NCBI GenBank assembly: GCA_043822105.1
Contig: JBDRCD010000003.1
Span: forward strand, 870-64,869
Reading direction: 5' to 3'
Length of the DNA stretch: 64,000 bases
From: an archaeon
Lineage (GTDB): Archaea; Nanobdellota; Nanobdellia; Woesearchaeales; GCA-2686295
The notes beneath the pieces were generated by a model. That model was not told the DNA's origin and searched no databases. It was given only the letters and a program-made list of their open reading frames with translations. Shown piece by piece: positions 26,059 through 35,466 of this stretch; position 1 is the first letter of the stretch, and each line of letters opens with the position of its first letter. The position numbers were made by a program, and so were the translations under genes.

Positions 26059-27756
26059 TCACATCTCATTAGGTGCTTCAATCCCTAATAATTCTAAACC
26101 ATTCTTTAGAACCTGTTTAACAGCCAGAATCAAAGCAAGCCTTGCACTTCTAACATCCTTATCAGCTTTCAGTACCTGATGTTTATGATAGAACTCATTA
26201 AAACTCTGAGCAAGTTCTAAAACATATCTTGCAACCATTGAAGGTCTGTAATTCCTAGAAACGCTTTCTACAATTGAAGGATATGCTGCTAGTTTATTTA
26301 TCAAATCAGTTTCTTCTTTTGATTTCAAAAATGAATAATCTACAATTCCAAGCTTTGTAAAACCTTTTTTCAAAATAGAATTAATCCTTGCGTGGGCATA
26401 TTGAACATAAGGACCTGTTTCGCCTTCAAAAGACAGCCATTCATTAAGATTAAAGACAATTACTCTGTTACTATCTTGGTTGAGCATTCCAAATTTCAAA
26501 GCCCCAAGACCAATCATTTTAGCAGTGTCATCAACTTTTTTCTTTGACCAATCAATATGTCTTTTCTTAACTTCTTGTTCTAAAGAATTCATTAGTTTAC
26601 TTTGAAGTTCAGAGAATAAAATTATGTTTCCTTCTCTTGAACTCATCTTTCCTTCAGGAAGCATCACAAGCTCATAGCTTACGTGGTGGCAGTTCTTAGC
26701 GTTTCTGAAGCCCATTAGCTCCAATGTCTTAAAGACCTGCTTAAAATACATTTTCTGTTCGCTACCAACAACATAGAGTGACCTGTCAATCTTATACTCT
26801 CTAAACTTCTTGGCAGCAAGAGCAAGATCCTTTGTGGAATAAAGAGAAGTTCCATCACTTTTCAAAACAAGGAACACATCAAGACCATACTTTTTCAAAT
26901 CAATAATAAGTGCTCCTTCACTTTTCTTAAAAAGACCTTTTTTTGAATATTCTTCAATTAGCTTCTTTCCTGGCTTTTCAACATCACTCTCATAGAAAAA
27001 CTTGTCAAACTTCACCCCGAGCCAATTGTAAATATCATTGAATTCATCAAGGCTCCACTTTCTTGTTTTTTTCCAAAGCTTGATTTCACTGTTCTCTTTC
27101 TTTGCTTCAAGCTTTTGAAGCATTTCTGAAACTTCATTTTTATAGGACTCTTTTTCTTCAAGCTTTTTAACAGCCTTTGAATACAGCTCTCCAAGCCATT
27201 CTCCTCTGTTTTTTGCAGGAACCTTTCCTTTGAAGAAATTCTTGTAATACCAGAGACATTTAGCAATGTGAGCGCCGACATCACCCATGTAGTTGGCTGC
27301 GACAACATTATAACCATTGGCTCTCATGATTCTCACCAAAGAATCTCCAACTGCAACGTTTCTCAGATGCCCCACATGAAAAGCCTTGTGGGTGTTGGGC
27401 TGTGAATATTCAATCATGACTTTTTCTTTTTTCTTGCTTCCTCTTCCATAAGCATCTTTTTTCTTGAGAACTTCACCGATGACTTGCTTGCTGATGACTC
27501 CTCGGTTTATGAAGAAGTTAAGATATGGTCCTGCAACTTCAATTCTGCTAATATTTTTTGTAAGCTTAACCTTTTTTGCAAGATATTCAGATATGACGTG
27601 AGGATTCTTTTTCATATCCTTTGAAAGCACAAAGCAGGGAAACGCGAAGTCTCCATACTTTAGATCAGGAGGAATCTCCAGTTGATCATCTATCTGCTTA
27701 GGAGTTAATGTAGTTTCTTTCTGCAGAATCTTAATAACTTCGTTTCGATAGCTCAT
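26059..27756 (-). CDS. argS: Arginyl-tRNA synthetase
   Basis: Class I motifs (SQPNTHKAFHVGHLRN) with ArgRS length and domain order. Confidence 0.9.
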   Translation of the reverse strand: MSYRNEVIKILQKETTLTPKQIDDQLEIPPDLKYGDFAFPCFVLSKDMKKNPHVISEYLAKKVKLTKNISRIEVAGPYLNFFINRGVISKQVIGEVLKKKDAYGRGSKKKEKVMIEYSQPNTHKAFHVGHLRNVAVGDSLVRIMRANGYNVVAANYMGDVGAHIAKCLWYYKNFFKGKVPAKNRGEWLGELYSKAVKKLEEKESYKNEVSEMLQKLEAKKENSEIKLWKKTRKWSLDEFNDIYNWLGVKFDKFFYESDVEKPGKKLIEEYSKKGLFKKSEGALIIDLKKYGLDVFLVLKSDGTSLYSTKDLALAAKKFREYKIDRSLYVVGSEQKMYFKQVFKTLELMGFRNAKNCHHVSYELVMLPEGKMSSREGNIILFSELQSKLMNSLEQEVKKRHIDWSKKKVDDTAKMIGLGALKFGMLNQDSNRVIVFNLNEWLSFEGETGPYVQYAHARINSILKKGFTKLGIVDYSFLKSKEETDLINKLAAYPSIVESVSRNYRPSMVARYVLELAQSFNEFYHKHQVLKADKDVRSARLALILAVKQVLKNGLELLGIEAPNEM

Positions 27757-28880
27757 TTTAAGGTTTTATTGAATGGCCAATACCAGTTCTTTCTTGTAAA
27801 TAGGTAGTGCTTCTCTATAAACTTTTTGATTATTATGACAGGAAATCCTCTTCTGACACGTTTTTTTCTGAGCATAATACCTCTGTTTTTGCCAATTGAT
27901 ATAAGATAAGGAACATCCTTTGGTTTATGAACTTTCTTTTCTCCGCCTTTAATATCTGCAATGATATTTTTTGCAACGGTCTCTGCTTCCTGAATTGCAG
28001 TAAGAGCTGTTTGTGGTTGAGGATTATGATATATGTATGCGCAGTCACCGACGGCATAGATGTAGGGTCTCGCGGTCTGCAAGTACTCATTGGTTATTAT
28101 TGCTCCTCTTTCATTGGTTCTCAGTCCCATCTTATGAACTATTAGAGGAGGCTTTATTCCGCAGCACCAAACAATTGTGTTGGTGAATATCTCTTTTTTA
28201 TTGTCAAGTATTATTTTTCCTTTCTCTGCTTTCTTGACTCTGCTGCCTGTCCTTATTTCAACAGCTTTTTTCTTCAGAACTTTTATTGCATAATCAATGG
28301 CTTTTTTAGGAAAACTCTTCATGATGGTCTTGCCTGATTCTACTATGATTACTTTTGCTTTTCCCTTGCTCATATCTGCAATTTCACCGGCAACTTCCAC
28401 ACCCGTAAGGCCACCACCACATACGACAATGTTGATGGGTTCCTTGTAGAACTTTGCTTTGTCAAGGTCATTTTGCACTTGTCTGTATATCTTCTCTGCG
28501 TCGAAGACATTCTTCAGTTCAAAGGCATACTCTTTGATGCCCTGTGTTCCGAAGTAGTTTGTGACCCCGCCAACGGCTATTACCAAATAATCAAACTCCA
28601 GATGTCTTGATCCTGTAACAACTATTTTATCCCAGGGTCGTACCTGAATAATCTCGTCTTTGTAGAATATTATTCTCTCTTTGCGATAGAGATTTTCAAG
28701 ATTAATCATAATATCGCTTCTTTTTAAGTTCCCAACCATTACTTTGTGAAGAGAAACCTGATAAGTGAAGTATGCGCTCTTGTCAATCACTCTGATGTCA
28801 AGACTATGATTCATCTCTCGAAGTCTAAGAGCAGATTCCATGCCTCCGAAACCAGAACCCAGAATAACTACTTTAGTCAT
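27753..28880 (-). CDS. NDH-2-like FAD-dependent pyridine nucleotide-disulfide oxidoreductase
   Basis: KVVILGSGFGG and VCGGGLTGVE dinucleotide-binding motifs. Confidence 0.75.
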   Translation of the reverse strand: MTKVVILGSGFGGMESALRLREMNHSLDIRVIDKSAYFTYQVSLHKVMVGNLKRSDIMINLENLYRKERIIFYKDEIIQVRPWDKIVVTGSRHLEFDYLVIAVGGVTNYFGTQGIKEYAFELKNVFDAEKIYRQVQNDLDKAKFYKEPINIVVCGGGLTGVEVAGEIADMSKGKAKVIIVESGKTIMKSFPKKAIDYAIKVLKKKAVEIRTGSRVKKAEKGKIILDNKKEIFTNTIVWCCGIKPPLIVHKMGLRTNERGAIITNEYLQTARPYIYAVGDCAYIYHNPQPQTALTAIQEAETVAKNIIADIKGGEKKVHKPKDVPYLISIGKNRGIMLRKKRVRRGFPVIIIKKFIEKHYLFTRKNWYWPFNKTLK

Positions 28881-28929
28881 AATATGAAAAAGATAAGAGA
28901 TTGTTTAAAAATTTTGCTTTTAGAAACAA

Positions 28930-28952
28930 TGAGCCCAGGAGGATTGGCGAAC
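28930..28952. repeat. Degenerate duplicate of the tRNA-Arg 3-prime end
   Basis: tgagcccaggaggatt matches tgagcctaggaggatt (29025..29040) at 15 of 16 positions, followed by a related cgaac. Confidence 0.7.
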
Positions 28953-29013
28953 AACGAATACTTGTTGATAGCTAACGTCCGTAGGATATTCACTGCGTGA
29001 AATCCCACATAGT
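28951..29013 (+). repeat. tRNA-adjacent conserved structured element, copy 1
   Basis: ACAACGAATACTTGTTGATAGCTAACGTCC, then hairpin (GTAGGATATTCAC/GTGAAATCCCAC), then ATAGT. Homologous to 37389..37442. Confidence 0.7.
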
Positions 29014-29024
29014 AAAAAGAAAAG

Positions 29025-29180
29025 TGAGCCTAGGAGGATTCGAACCCCCGTCTATCGGTATCCACACAACCTTTCTCTGAGAGCTTGACGAGTTTACGAG
29101 GAAACTCTCGGTTTTCCCCAGGCTTTTCTTAAAAGGCTGTTCCGAAGCCGATTGCACTATCCAGGCTATGCTATAGGCCC
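29025..29180 (-). tRNA. tRNA-Arg(TCG) with an ~82-nt intron in the anticodon loop
   Basis: Hand-folded cloverleaf. Acceptor GGGCCTA/TAGGCTC, D arm GCAT/GTGC, anticodon stem ATCGG/CCGAT with loop CTTCGG...A, T arm GGGGG-TTCGAAT-CCTCC. Confidence 0.8.
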
Positions 29181-29244
29181 ACAAAGTTTCATAGAACTAC
29201 ATATATTAAATATCTTACGGATTTTTTTTATAAGAATGAAAAAT

Positions 29245-29535
29245 CTATTTTTTCTTTCGCTTCAGTGTAATTTCAATGGTTGAAACTCTTACGTCTTTTC
29301 CTTCCTGATTCTTGAACTCTTCTGAATCAATTGCTATTCCTTTGGTTTCTATCTGGTCTTTCAAAAATCTGTTCAATGCCACTTGTGCAACGTCTACAGC
29401 TCTGCTAATAAATTTTCCCCTTGCCTTTATTATTACTTCTGTCGCTTCTTTAGTTGTAAACTGTATGACGACGCTAGTCACGTAGTTCATAAACGGTTTT
29501 CCGCCTATAAATATAGAGTTGTCTTTGTCTACCAT
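29245..29535 (-). CDS. albA: Chromatin protein Alba
   Basis: IFIGGKPFMNYVTSVV...IKARGKFISRAVDVAQV...VSTIEITL. Confidence 0.9.
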   Translation of the reverse strand: MVDKDNSIFIGGKPFMNYVTSVVIQFTTKEATEVIIKARGKFISRAVDVAQVALNRFLKDQIETKGIAIDSEEFKNQEGKDVRVSTIEITLKRKKK

Positions 29536-29547
29536 GTTTATCCCCCA

Positions 29548-29727
29548 CTATTTCTTAAGTCTGGTAATGTACCCTGCGATTGTATTCTTTATCTTTTTGG
29601 ATGGTATATTGGCAAATCCATCCACCAGTTTCTTGTTCTGTTCGAAGTTGTTGGTTAATTCTTCCCCATGAATCTCTACAATCTGATGAGTCACTCTCTT
29701 TACTTGTTGTGTCTTAATTCTTCCCAT
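29548..29727 (-). CDS. rps17e: 30S ribosomal protein S17e
   Basis: MGRIKTQQVKRVTHQIVE...NIPSKKIKNTIAGYITRLKK. Start refined relative to the ORF track. Confidence 0.85.
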   Translation of the reverse strand: MGRIKTQQVKRVTHQIVEIHGEELTNNFEQNKKLVDGFANIPSKKIKNTIAGYITRLKK

Positions 29728-29846
29728 TTTACCTTTGAAAAACTCCAATCTCTTTATAAAGATTATGAAAATCAACAACATTTTCGAAAATTATATAAAC
29801 TCACAGACCAAAAACAGCATTAAATAAATTTTTAGGGGGTAATAGT

Positions 29847-30011
29847 ATGAAACACGAATGTTCTGGTTGGATTGGCTGGTTAGTTCTTCTTGTGGGTCTT
29901 TTCTACCTATTGGTTGACTACGGCGTAGGATGGATGGGCTGGTGGAAATTAAGCTGGTTCACAACAGTACTTATTTTATTTGGATTGCACAAAATAACCA
30001 AAAAGAAATAG
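29847..30011 (+). CDS. Small Trp-rich membrane protein (54 aa)
   Basis: MKHECSGWIGWLVLLVGLFYLLVDYGVGWMGWWKLSWFTTVLILFGLHKITKKK. AGGGGG lies 7 nt upstream. Not in the ORF track. Confidence 0.5.
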   Translation: MKHECSGWIGWLVLLVGLFYLLVDYGVGWMGWWKLSWFTTVLILFGLHKITKKK

Positions 30012-30083
30012 GTTCAAAAATTTTTTATTTTTATTTAATTTTTTTTTCTTATTCTCAGAATTAGTATAAAAAAAGGAAATAAA

Positions 30084-30326
30084 TTATTCTGCTTCTTGTA
30101 CTATCTTTATTGCACTAACCAGCCCCCATATCCATATTCCTATAACCAAAGGTATTCCTATCAGTATTAATGACAGAACCATTCCTACTATGGATAAAAT
30201 CAACTGGGTAACTCCAGTTTTTGTATCTCCACCAACTATTGTTCCAATGCCTGTTGGGAAAATAAATATGTTCAAAAGAAGCGCTGCAATAGCGATTCCC
30301 TGTGTTGTTTTCTTCTTCTTGGCCAT
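30084..30326 (-). CDS. Small two-TM membrane protein
   Basis: ORF track. Two hydrophobic helices after a Lys-rich N-terminus. Confidence 0.5.
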   Translation of the reverse strand: MAKKKKTTQGIAIAALLLNIFIFPTGIGTIVGGDTKTGVTQLILSIVGMVLSLILIGIPLVIGIWIWGLVSAIKIVQEAE

Positions 30327-30338
30327 AAATAAAACCCC

Positions 30339-31745
30339 CTAACCAGATACCATAACCCTATTGGAATAGATAGTTCTTTCTTTCTTTTTATCGAGGAAAG
30401 TTGCTCTGCTTCCAGGCAGTGATATGTTTCCAATTATCTTGAGTTTTGACTTGATTTCATAGGTGATTATCCTTTCTTCGAAAGGTTCAAGATTTTCAAG
30501 ATTCCACTTGATTATTGTTCCTTTCTTTTCCTGCTTTGTTATTTTCTCAGGATGGATTGTTCCAAGAGTTTTTGTTTTCAGAACTTCAGCGATTCCAGGA
30601 ACCCTGTCAAAAACAGTGACTCTGTCAATTGGGTTTTTGGATCTGTTCTTTACAAACAATCTGAGCTTTAAATGCTCAACTCCCTCTTCTGCTGATATGA
30701 CTGTTACAATTGCTTCTTTGGTCATCAGAACAGGACTTCTGAAAGAGTAGTACAATATCAGTATCACAATTGCCAGTATTATAATTCCAATTGGAATTCT
30801 GTAGTTAGTTGTGACATTAATTGTAACCAACTCCTGTGGTTCAATTGTAACATCCCACTGAAGAACAGGTTCTCCGCCAATCTTTGCAGAGGTTCCTTTT
30901 ATATCAGAGTATGTGAATATCCTCTTAATCAGAGGCATTGGGATGCTGATTGTTTCTGTTTTCTTTGTATTTCCATCATTTTCAACTGTTATAACCTGGG
31001 TTGTCTTGAAAAAGAAACTTTCAGGAACAAGTTTGCTGGAAACATCTGAATAGGCTATAACTTCATAGTTCTGAGTTGACTGACTGATTGTGACATTTTT
31101 TACTATCAACTGAACATTCAATGGGTAAAGTCCTGGTTCCTGCGTTGAATCAATTTCAAACAGGTACTCGGTTCTTTTCTCTTCCAAAGGACCCAGGGAG
31201 GCTGCAAATTCTTTGTAAAAAAGTTTTCCATCGATAAGAACCTGCATTTCAGAAATATCAAGTGCATTTCTGTTTTTCATGAAAACTGAAATAGGAACCT
31301 TATTTCTTGGGTCAACCTGTTTGTCTATGGTTGCACTGAACTGTATTGAAGGTCTGTATTCTCCAAATATAGGATCATATGGTCTGATGTTTATCTGGAA
31401 TAGTTCGTTTTTGAATTCTCCTGATTTTGCAGATTTTATTTTGACATTGACAACATATATTCCAAGAGGGATTTGGGAACCAGGGTCTATTTTGAGAGTT
31501 ACATGATCAACTCCTGTAGTGATTGCTGCCTGTTGAGTTAATAGTATCCATGATGGATCCTGTGTTGAAAATGTCAGCACATCTGGAGTTGTAAGCATGT
31601 TGGTAATTGTAAGGTCGAATTCTGCAACCTCGCTGATGAAAATATTCTCTTTTATCGGTTCTTGCGAAACATAGAAACTGGTTGCAGAAACTGAAAAAGC
31701 TGCCATTATTAGCAAAATTGGTAAAATTATAAGTTTGGTCCTCAT
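30339..31745 (-). CDS. Membrane-anchored cell-surface protein, hypothetical
   Basis: Signal peptide, beta-rich ectodomain, one TM helix (IPIGIIILAIVILILYY) and a C-terminal domain. Confidence 0.5.
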   Translation of the reverse strand: MRTKLIILPILLIMAAFSVSATSFYVSQEPIKENIFISEVAEFDLTITNMLTTPDVLTFSTQDPSWILLTQQAAITTGVDHVTLKIDPGSQIPLGIYVVNVKIKSAKSGEFKNELFQINIRPYDPIFGEYRPSIQFSATIDKQVDPRNKVPISVFMKNRNALDISEMQVLIDGKLFYKEFAASLGPLEEKRTEYLFEIDSTQEPGLYPLNVQLIVKNVTISQSTQNYEVIAYSDVSSKLVPESFFFKTTQVITVENDGNTKKTETISIPMPLIKRIFTYSDIKGTSAKIGGEPVLQWDVTIEPQELVTINVTTNYRIPIGIIILAIVILILYYSFRSPVLMTKEAIVTVISAEEGVEHLKLRLFVKNRSKNPIDRVTVFDRVPGIAEVLKTKTLGTIHPEKITKQEKKGTIIKWNLENLEPFEERIITYEIKSKLKIIGNISLPGSRATFLDKKKERTIYSNRVMVSG

Positions 31746-31853
31746 ATTATCCCTCGAATGTAGTTATAATTATACTCATATTTAAACTTTTCCATAGGCT
31801 ATAGTTAAGTATAAAAGCATGACTGGATTTCTTGAGCGTCAAATAACTATAAA

Positions 31854-32519
31854 ATGACTTCAGAAGCACTAACAAACGGGAAGATAACAGAGAAATTTTT
31901 GAATGATTACTATATTAATCCAAAAAATGAATCTTTAAAGAAAATTATTGATGAAAGGAAAGATAATCCTAGGCTAGGATGTATAAAAGGAATTCCTATT
32001 GAACTTGAACGGGTAATCAAAAGTTCTGTTCAATCACTAAATGATGGGGATGGCGTTGATTCTGTTGTTGGCTGGGTTAGTAGAACAACTAGAACTCAAG
32101 GACATCATTTTTATAATATGAAAACTCTATTACATGCAATAGAAATTGCAGAAGAAATCTATGGTATTAAACTGGAAGTTTATAACAAAACAGCGAAGGA
32201 CTTGTCTGTTAGAGACTTAAAAAGAATAAAAAAAGATTGTGACAGTTCAAAAAGCACTGCTCAAATTCTTATAGATAATCAATTGAAAAATAGAACTGTA
32301 ATAACTTATGCTCTAAAGAAGCTTGTGAAGTATAACCTGGAACAAGAAAAGAAAAATGTGACTCCTTCTGTTCCAGAAACAATAGTTCTAAAAAAAACTG
32401 TTAAAGATGAAGTTAACATTCCACTATATGAAAGAAATAAAGAAACTATTCCTGTTGCGTCTGCTAAAAGAGTAGTAAAATATGTTGTAGTTGCAAGTAT
32501 ATTCAAAACTTCTAGTTAA
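31854..32519 (+). CDS. Hypothetical protein
   Basis: ORF track only. Confidence 0.4.
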   Translation: MTSEALTNGKITEKFLNDYYINPKNESLKKIIDERKDNPRLGCIKGIPIELERVIKSSVQSLNDGDGVDSVVGWVSRTTRTQGHHFYNMKTLLHAIEIAEEIYGIKLEVYNKTAKDLSVRDLKRIKKDCDSSKSTAQILIDNQLKNRTVITYALKKLVKYNLEQEKKNVTPSVPETIVLKKTVKDEVNIPLYERNKETIPVASAKRVVKYVVVASIFKTSS

Positions 32520-33768
32520 CAATGTAGTATTCTACAGGATAATAAGAATAGGTGTCTCCGCCGTAGATGTGTATAGGACAGCAGGCCTGTTCATCATAGG
32601 TTGGTTGTGATATGAAACAATCTGTATTGTCTGGTCCTCCAAAGACAACTGAATCTGTTAGCCAGTTATCAAAATCCGATGTGTAATCCTTTTGGCATGC
32701 TGAAGTCACTTCTCCATAGCATTGTTCTGCAACTTCGCAGTCAAGGGTTGCAGGATCCCAATAGCTTCCTGCAGGACAGCAATGTCTTGCATCATTTATA
32801 TCAGGAGCATAGGCAGGTAATGGATCAATAAATTCAAGCTCTCCTTTTGAACAGTAATAGTCGGTTCCGCTGTATGTATCTTCGGTTGTGCTTACACCGC
32901 ATGGCTGCATAGTTGCATGGCACTCTGTATCTCCGCAGTCTGTGTATACATCAATGTCATCGTCAATGTCATTTGTGCAATCCTCGGAAAGTGCACAGCA
33001 CTCTTTATTAGCATAATTTCCAGAACAGTTTGCAACATGGCTTCCGCCTGGTAAAACATCGTTAGGATAGAACTCATAAATGCACTCTGCATTGCAGCTT
33101 CCACTGGTTATTACTTCACACTGGGCTCCACTTCCGCCAAGATTTCCAACCTGATAATATTTTAGATTTACATCAACTTCTGATTTGTGTCCGCCTTCAA
33201 CAACTGTGCTTGAATCATTCTGTAAAACAGCATAGACTGCTCCTCCGGGAGGAGCCTGATAAACTTTTGCTGTTAGGTCTGTGTTGCAGCATACAGCGTA
33301 TGGATAAAGTACTTTGTTTGAATCTTCAAATCCGCGAGCATGAGCGTTTGTAAGATGGGAAAGTCTTATCATCTCTATTTCATTTGCAATGCAGTTGCCC
33401 AGTCTTAACTGGCAGGAAAAGTTTCCTATCGGAGGAGGTATGATTGCATTTATATTAATTGAATCAGTGTCAATCTCAGCACCATCATCAACTGTCAAAA
33501 GAACATTGTAGGTTCTGTTTGCAGTGTATTGTACAACCGGATTCTGAAGGTTAATCTGGGATGAGAAACGAAGGTTAACAGCAGGACTGCCAAAATCCCA
33601 GGTATAGGATGCTCCAGGAAGACCGGCAGTATAGTTTCCGCGAAAGAAAACATTTTCATTTGTAGCCCAGCCTGTTCCGTCTGCAGGTGTTTCGATTATT
33701 GCAACTAGAGCGCTGACACTAATGGTCGTTAGAATAAATATAATAAATATTGAAAAAATCTTTCTCAT
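32512..33768 (-). CDS. Secreted PKD-domain, Cys-rich surface protein
   Basis: Signal peptide, a PKD-like WDFGSP...YNVLLTVDDG segment, and a very Cys-rich C-terminal half. Confidence 0.6.
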   Translation of the reverse strand: MRKIFSIFIIFILTTISVSALVAIIETPADGTGWATNENVFFRGNYTAGLPGASYTWDFGSPAVNLRFSSQINLQNPVVQYTANRTYNVLLTVDDGAEIDTDSININAIIPPPIGNFSCQLRLGNCIANEIEMIRLSHLTNAHARGFEDSNKVLYPYAVCCNTDLTAKVYQAPPGGAVYAVLQNDSSTVVEGGHKSEVDVNLKYYQVGNLGGSGAQCEVITSGSCNAECIYEFYPNDVLPGGSHVANCSGNYANKECCALSEDCTNDIDDDIDVYTDCGDTECHATMQPCGVSTTEDTYSGTDYYCSKGELEFIDPLPAYAPDINDARHCCPAGSYWDPATLDCEVAEQCYGEVTSACQKDYTSDFDNWLTDSVVFGGPDNTDCFISQPTYDEQACCPIHIYGGDTYSYYPVEYYIVN

Positions 33769-33822
33769 ACCAACTTCCTCTTTTAGAATATTCTACGAAG
33801 TATTGATATATAAATTTTGTTA

Positions 33823-34227
33823 CTATTTCTTCAGCTTAGAACTCTTATAAACTTCAGGCTTGAAAGCTTTTGCTCTGACAATCTTAAAATTACTTAACCC
33901 TCTTTTTTTAAGTTCTTCTTCAAGCTCATCTTCTTTTGCGAACTGATCATAGCCAATGCAAAGAATAGCTGGTTTCTCGTCGATGACAACTTTCAGAATA
34001 TCATTTTTATTACCAAGAACTGCTTTGTCAACGTATTTGCACTCAGATACTGCTTTTAGTCTTTCTTCTTCTGAATTCCACTGTTCTCTTTCTTTGAATT
34101 TGTTAAGATTGTTTTCCCTGCTGACAACTACCACAAGATAGTCTCCTAATGCTTTTGCCTGCTTGAAATAATTCTCGTGTCCTTTGTGAAACGCGTCGAA
34201 GGAGCCGAAGGCCATGACTTTAATCAT
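33823..34227 (-). CDS. Cytidylyltransferase-family nucleotidyltransferase (RibL / FAD synthetase-like)
   Basis: AFGSFDAFHKGHENYFKQAKALGDYLVVVVSRE resembles the archaeal RibL layout. Confidence 0.6.
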   Translation of the reverse strand: MIKVMAFGSFDAFHKGHENYFKQAKALGDYLVVVVSRENNLNKFKEREQWNSEEERLKAVSECKYVDKAVLGNKNDILKVVIDEKPAILCIGYDQFAKEDELEEELKKRGLSNFKIVRAKAFKPEVYKSSKLKK

Positions 34228-34322
34228 AACCTAAGAATGAAAACTATTCTTTTAAATATTTGCAAAAATTAAGTAAAATTTATATAGTCTGAATGTTTTA
34301 AAAGTTAAAAGAGGTGTAGCTA

Positions 34323-34781
34323 ATGGTTGACGATTATGAACTTCTTCCCCATGAAGAACTGGAAAGACTTAGAAGGGAAGTTGAGCATCTAAAGAAAAAT
34401 CCCTATTCCGGCAATAAAAAGAACCAAAACCTTCTAGATTCAATGGACAGTTTAACTTCTTCAATAAACAGACTGATAGCAATATTTGAAGGCACACAGG
34501 AAGGATTGATAAAAGAGTATAAAGATGCAAGTCCTACAAAATTGCTTGTAAAAATATCTGAGGAAAACGCTAAGATTGCAGAAGGCATAGTGGCTGTTGC
34601 TGAGATGCTGAAAGGTGATAGGCCGATGCAGTCCAGAAGACCTATGACTTCAAATATGCCGCCTCCTCCAACGCGAAGTTCAGAACAGATGCCTTCGCCT
34701 CCAGGAATGGGTGAATTGAGGGTTCCGGATGTGGATTTTGAACCTGAGAAAAAAGGATTATTTGGTAAATTCAGAAAATGA
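34323..34781 (+). CDS. Coiled-coil protein with a Pro-rich C-terminus, hypothetical
   Basis: ORF track. Its stop overlaps the next gene. Confidence 0.45.
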   Translation: MVDDYELLPHEELERLRREVEHLKKNPYSGNKKNQNLLDSMDSLTSSINRLIAIFEGTQEGLIKEYKDASPTKLLVKISEENAKIAEGIVAVAEMLKGDRPMQSRRPMTSNMPPPPTRSSEQMPSPPGMGELRVPDVDFEPEKKGLFGKFRK

Positions 34782-35230
34782 GTATTCCATCAAGAGATTT
34801 CTTAATTGCTTCAGGAGATTCATTTAGGACTACTGTTAAAGTCAAAAAAGACGGAAAAATAGACTCTTTTAGCTTTGAAACAACCGATTCCAAGGAAGAG
34901 CTAAACATGGAATTGGAAAAAGCAGAGAAGATTCTGAAAACCTTAAAAGGTAAACTCAGTAAAAATAAGCTGAAAATCATAACCGGAAAAATAAGATTCT
35001 TGAGAACTCAGATTGGTGAGTATAAGGAGGAACTGCGTAATCATCCTCTGGAACATAAAGGAGAAGTTATAACGCCACCAATATTTGAAGATTTATATCA
35101 TGAACTGGATGAACTCGATGCAGAACTTAATATTCCTACAAGAAAAAAAGAGAAAGAGATTTCTGAAATGGATGAACTTCCAATGCCTCCATCAAGCCTT
35201 CTGGATATACCGCCACCTCCTGAGAAGTAG
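34778..35230 (+). CDS. Coiled-coil protein with a Pro-rich C-terminus, hypothetical
   Basis: ORF track. Ends ...LPMPPSSLLDIPPPPEK. Confidence 0.45.
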   Translation: MSIPSRDFLIASGDSFRTTVKVKKDGKIDSFSFETTDSKEELNMELEKAEKILKTLKGKLSKNKLKIITGKIRFLRTQIGEYKEELRNHPLEHKGEVITPPIFEDLYHELDELDAELNIPTRKKEKEISEMDELPMPPSSLLDIPPPPEK

Positions 35231-35282
35231 CAGTATTACAAAACAAAAATAAGAATATTTTTGAATATAATTTTATACCAAA

Positions 35283-35454
35283 ATTATAAATCTTTAGCCA
35301 TCAACGTTCTTCTACCGTTGGCTTTTGCACGTTCAATTGATTCGAGAATCAGTGCTTTTACTTTTTCGTTCAAAGCAACTGAGAAATCACCTGCAATGTT
35401 CATTTCACCGGCTATTTCTTTCACTTTTGCTTTAACGATGAACAGATCTGACAT
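35283..35454 (-). pseudogene. Small DUF1931/histone-fold-like ORF with an apparent 1-nt frameshift
   Basis: The frame from the ATG at 35454 gives MSDLFIVKAKVKEIAGEM, then stops. The next frame gives NIAGDFSVALNEKVKALILESIERAKANGRRTLMAKDL*. Removing one G near 35395 joins them into a 56-aa protein. Confidence 0.4.
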
Positions 35455-35466
35455 GTTTGCATCCTC

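Noticed and set aside
28951-29013. Interpreting the tRNA-adjacent element as an H/ACA guide RNA (hairpin followed by ACA)
   Set aside because: An ACA follows the hairpin in both copies. However, the stems (7-12 bp) are too short to hold a pseudouridylation pocket and k-turn, and the ACA is not positioned near an evident 3-prime end.
28990-29184. 64-aa ORF, and the ORFs at 38137..38466 and 38208..38396
   Set aside because: They overlap tRNA genes or the spacer between them. The tRNA cloverleaves explain the sequence better.
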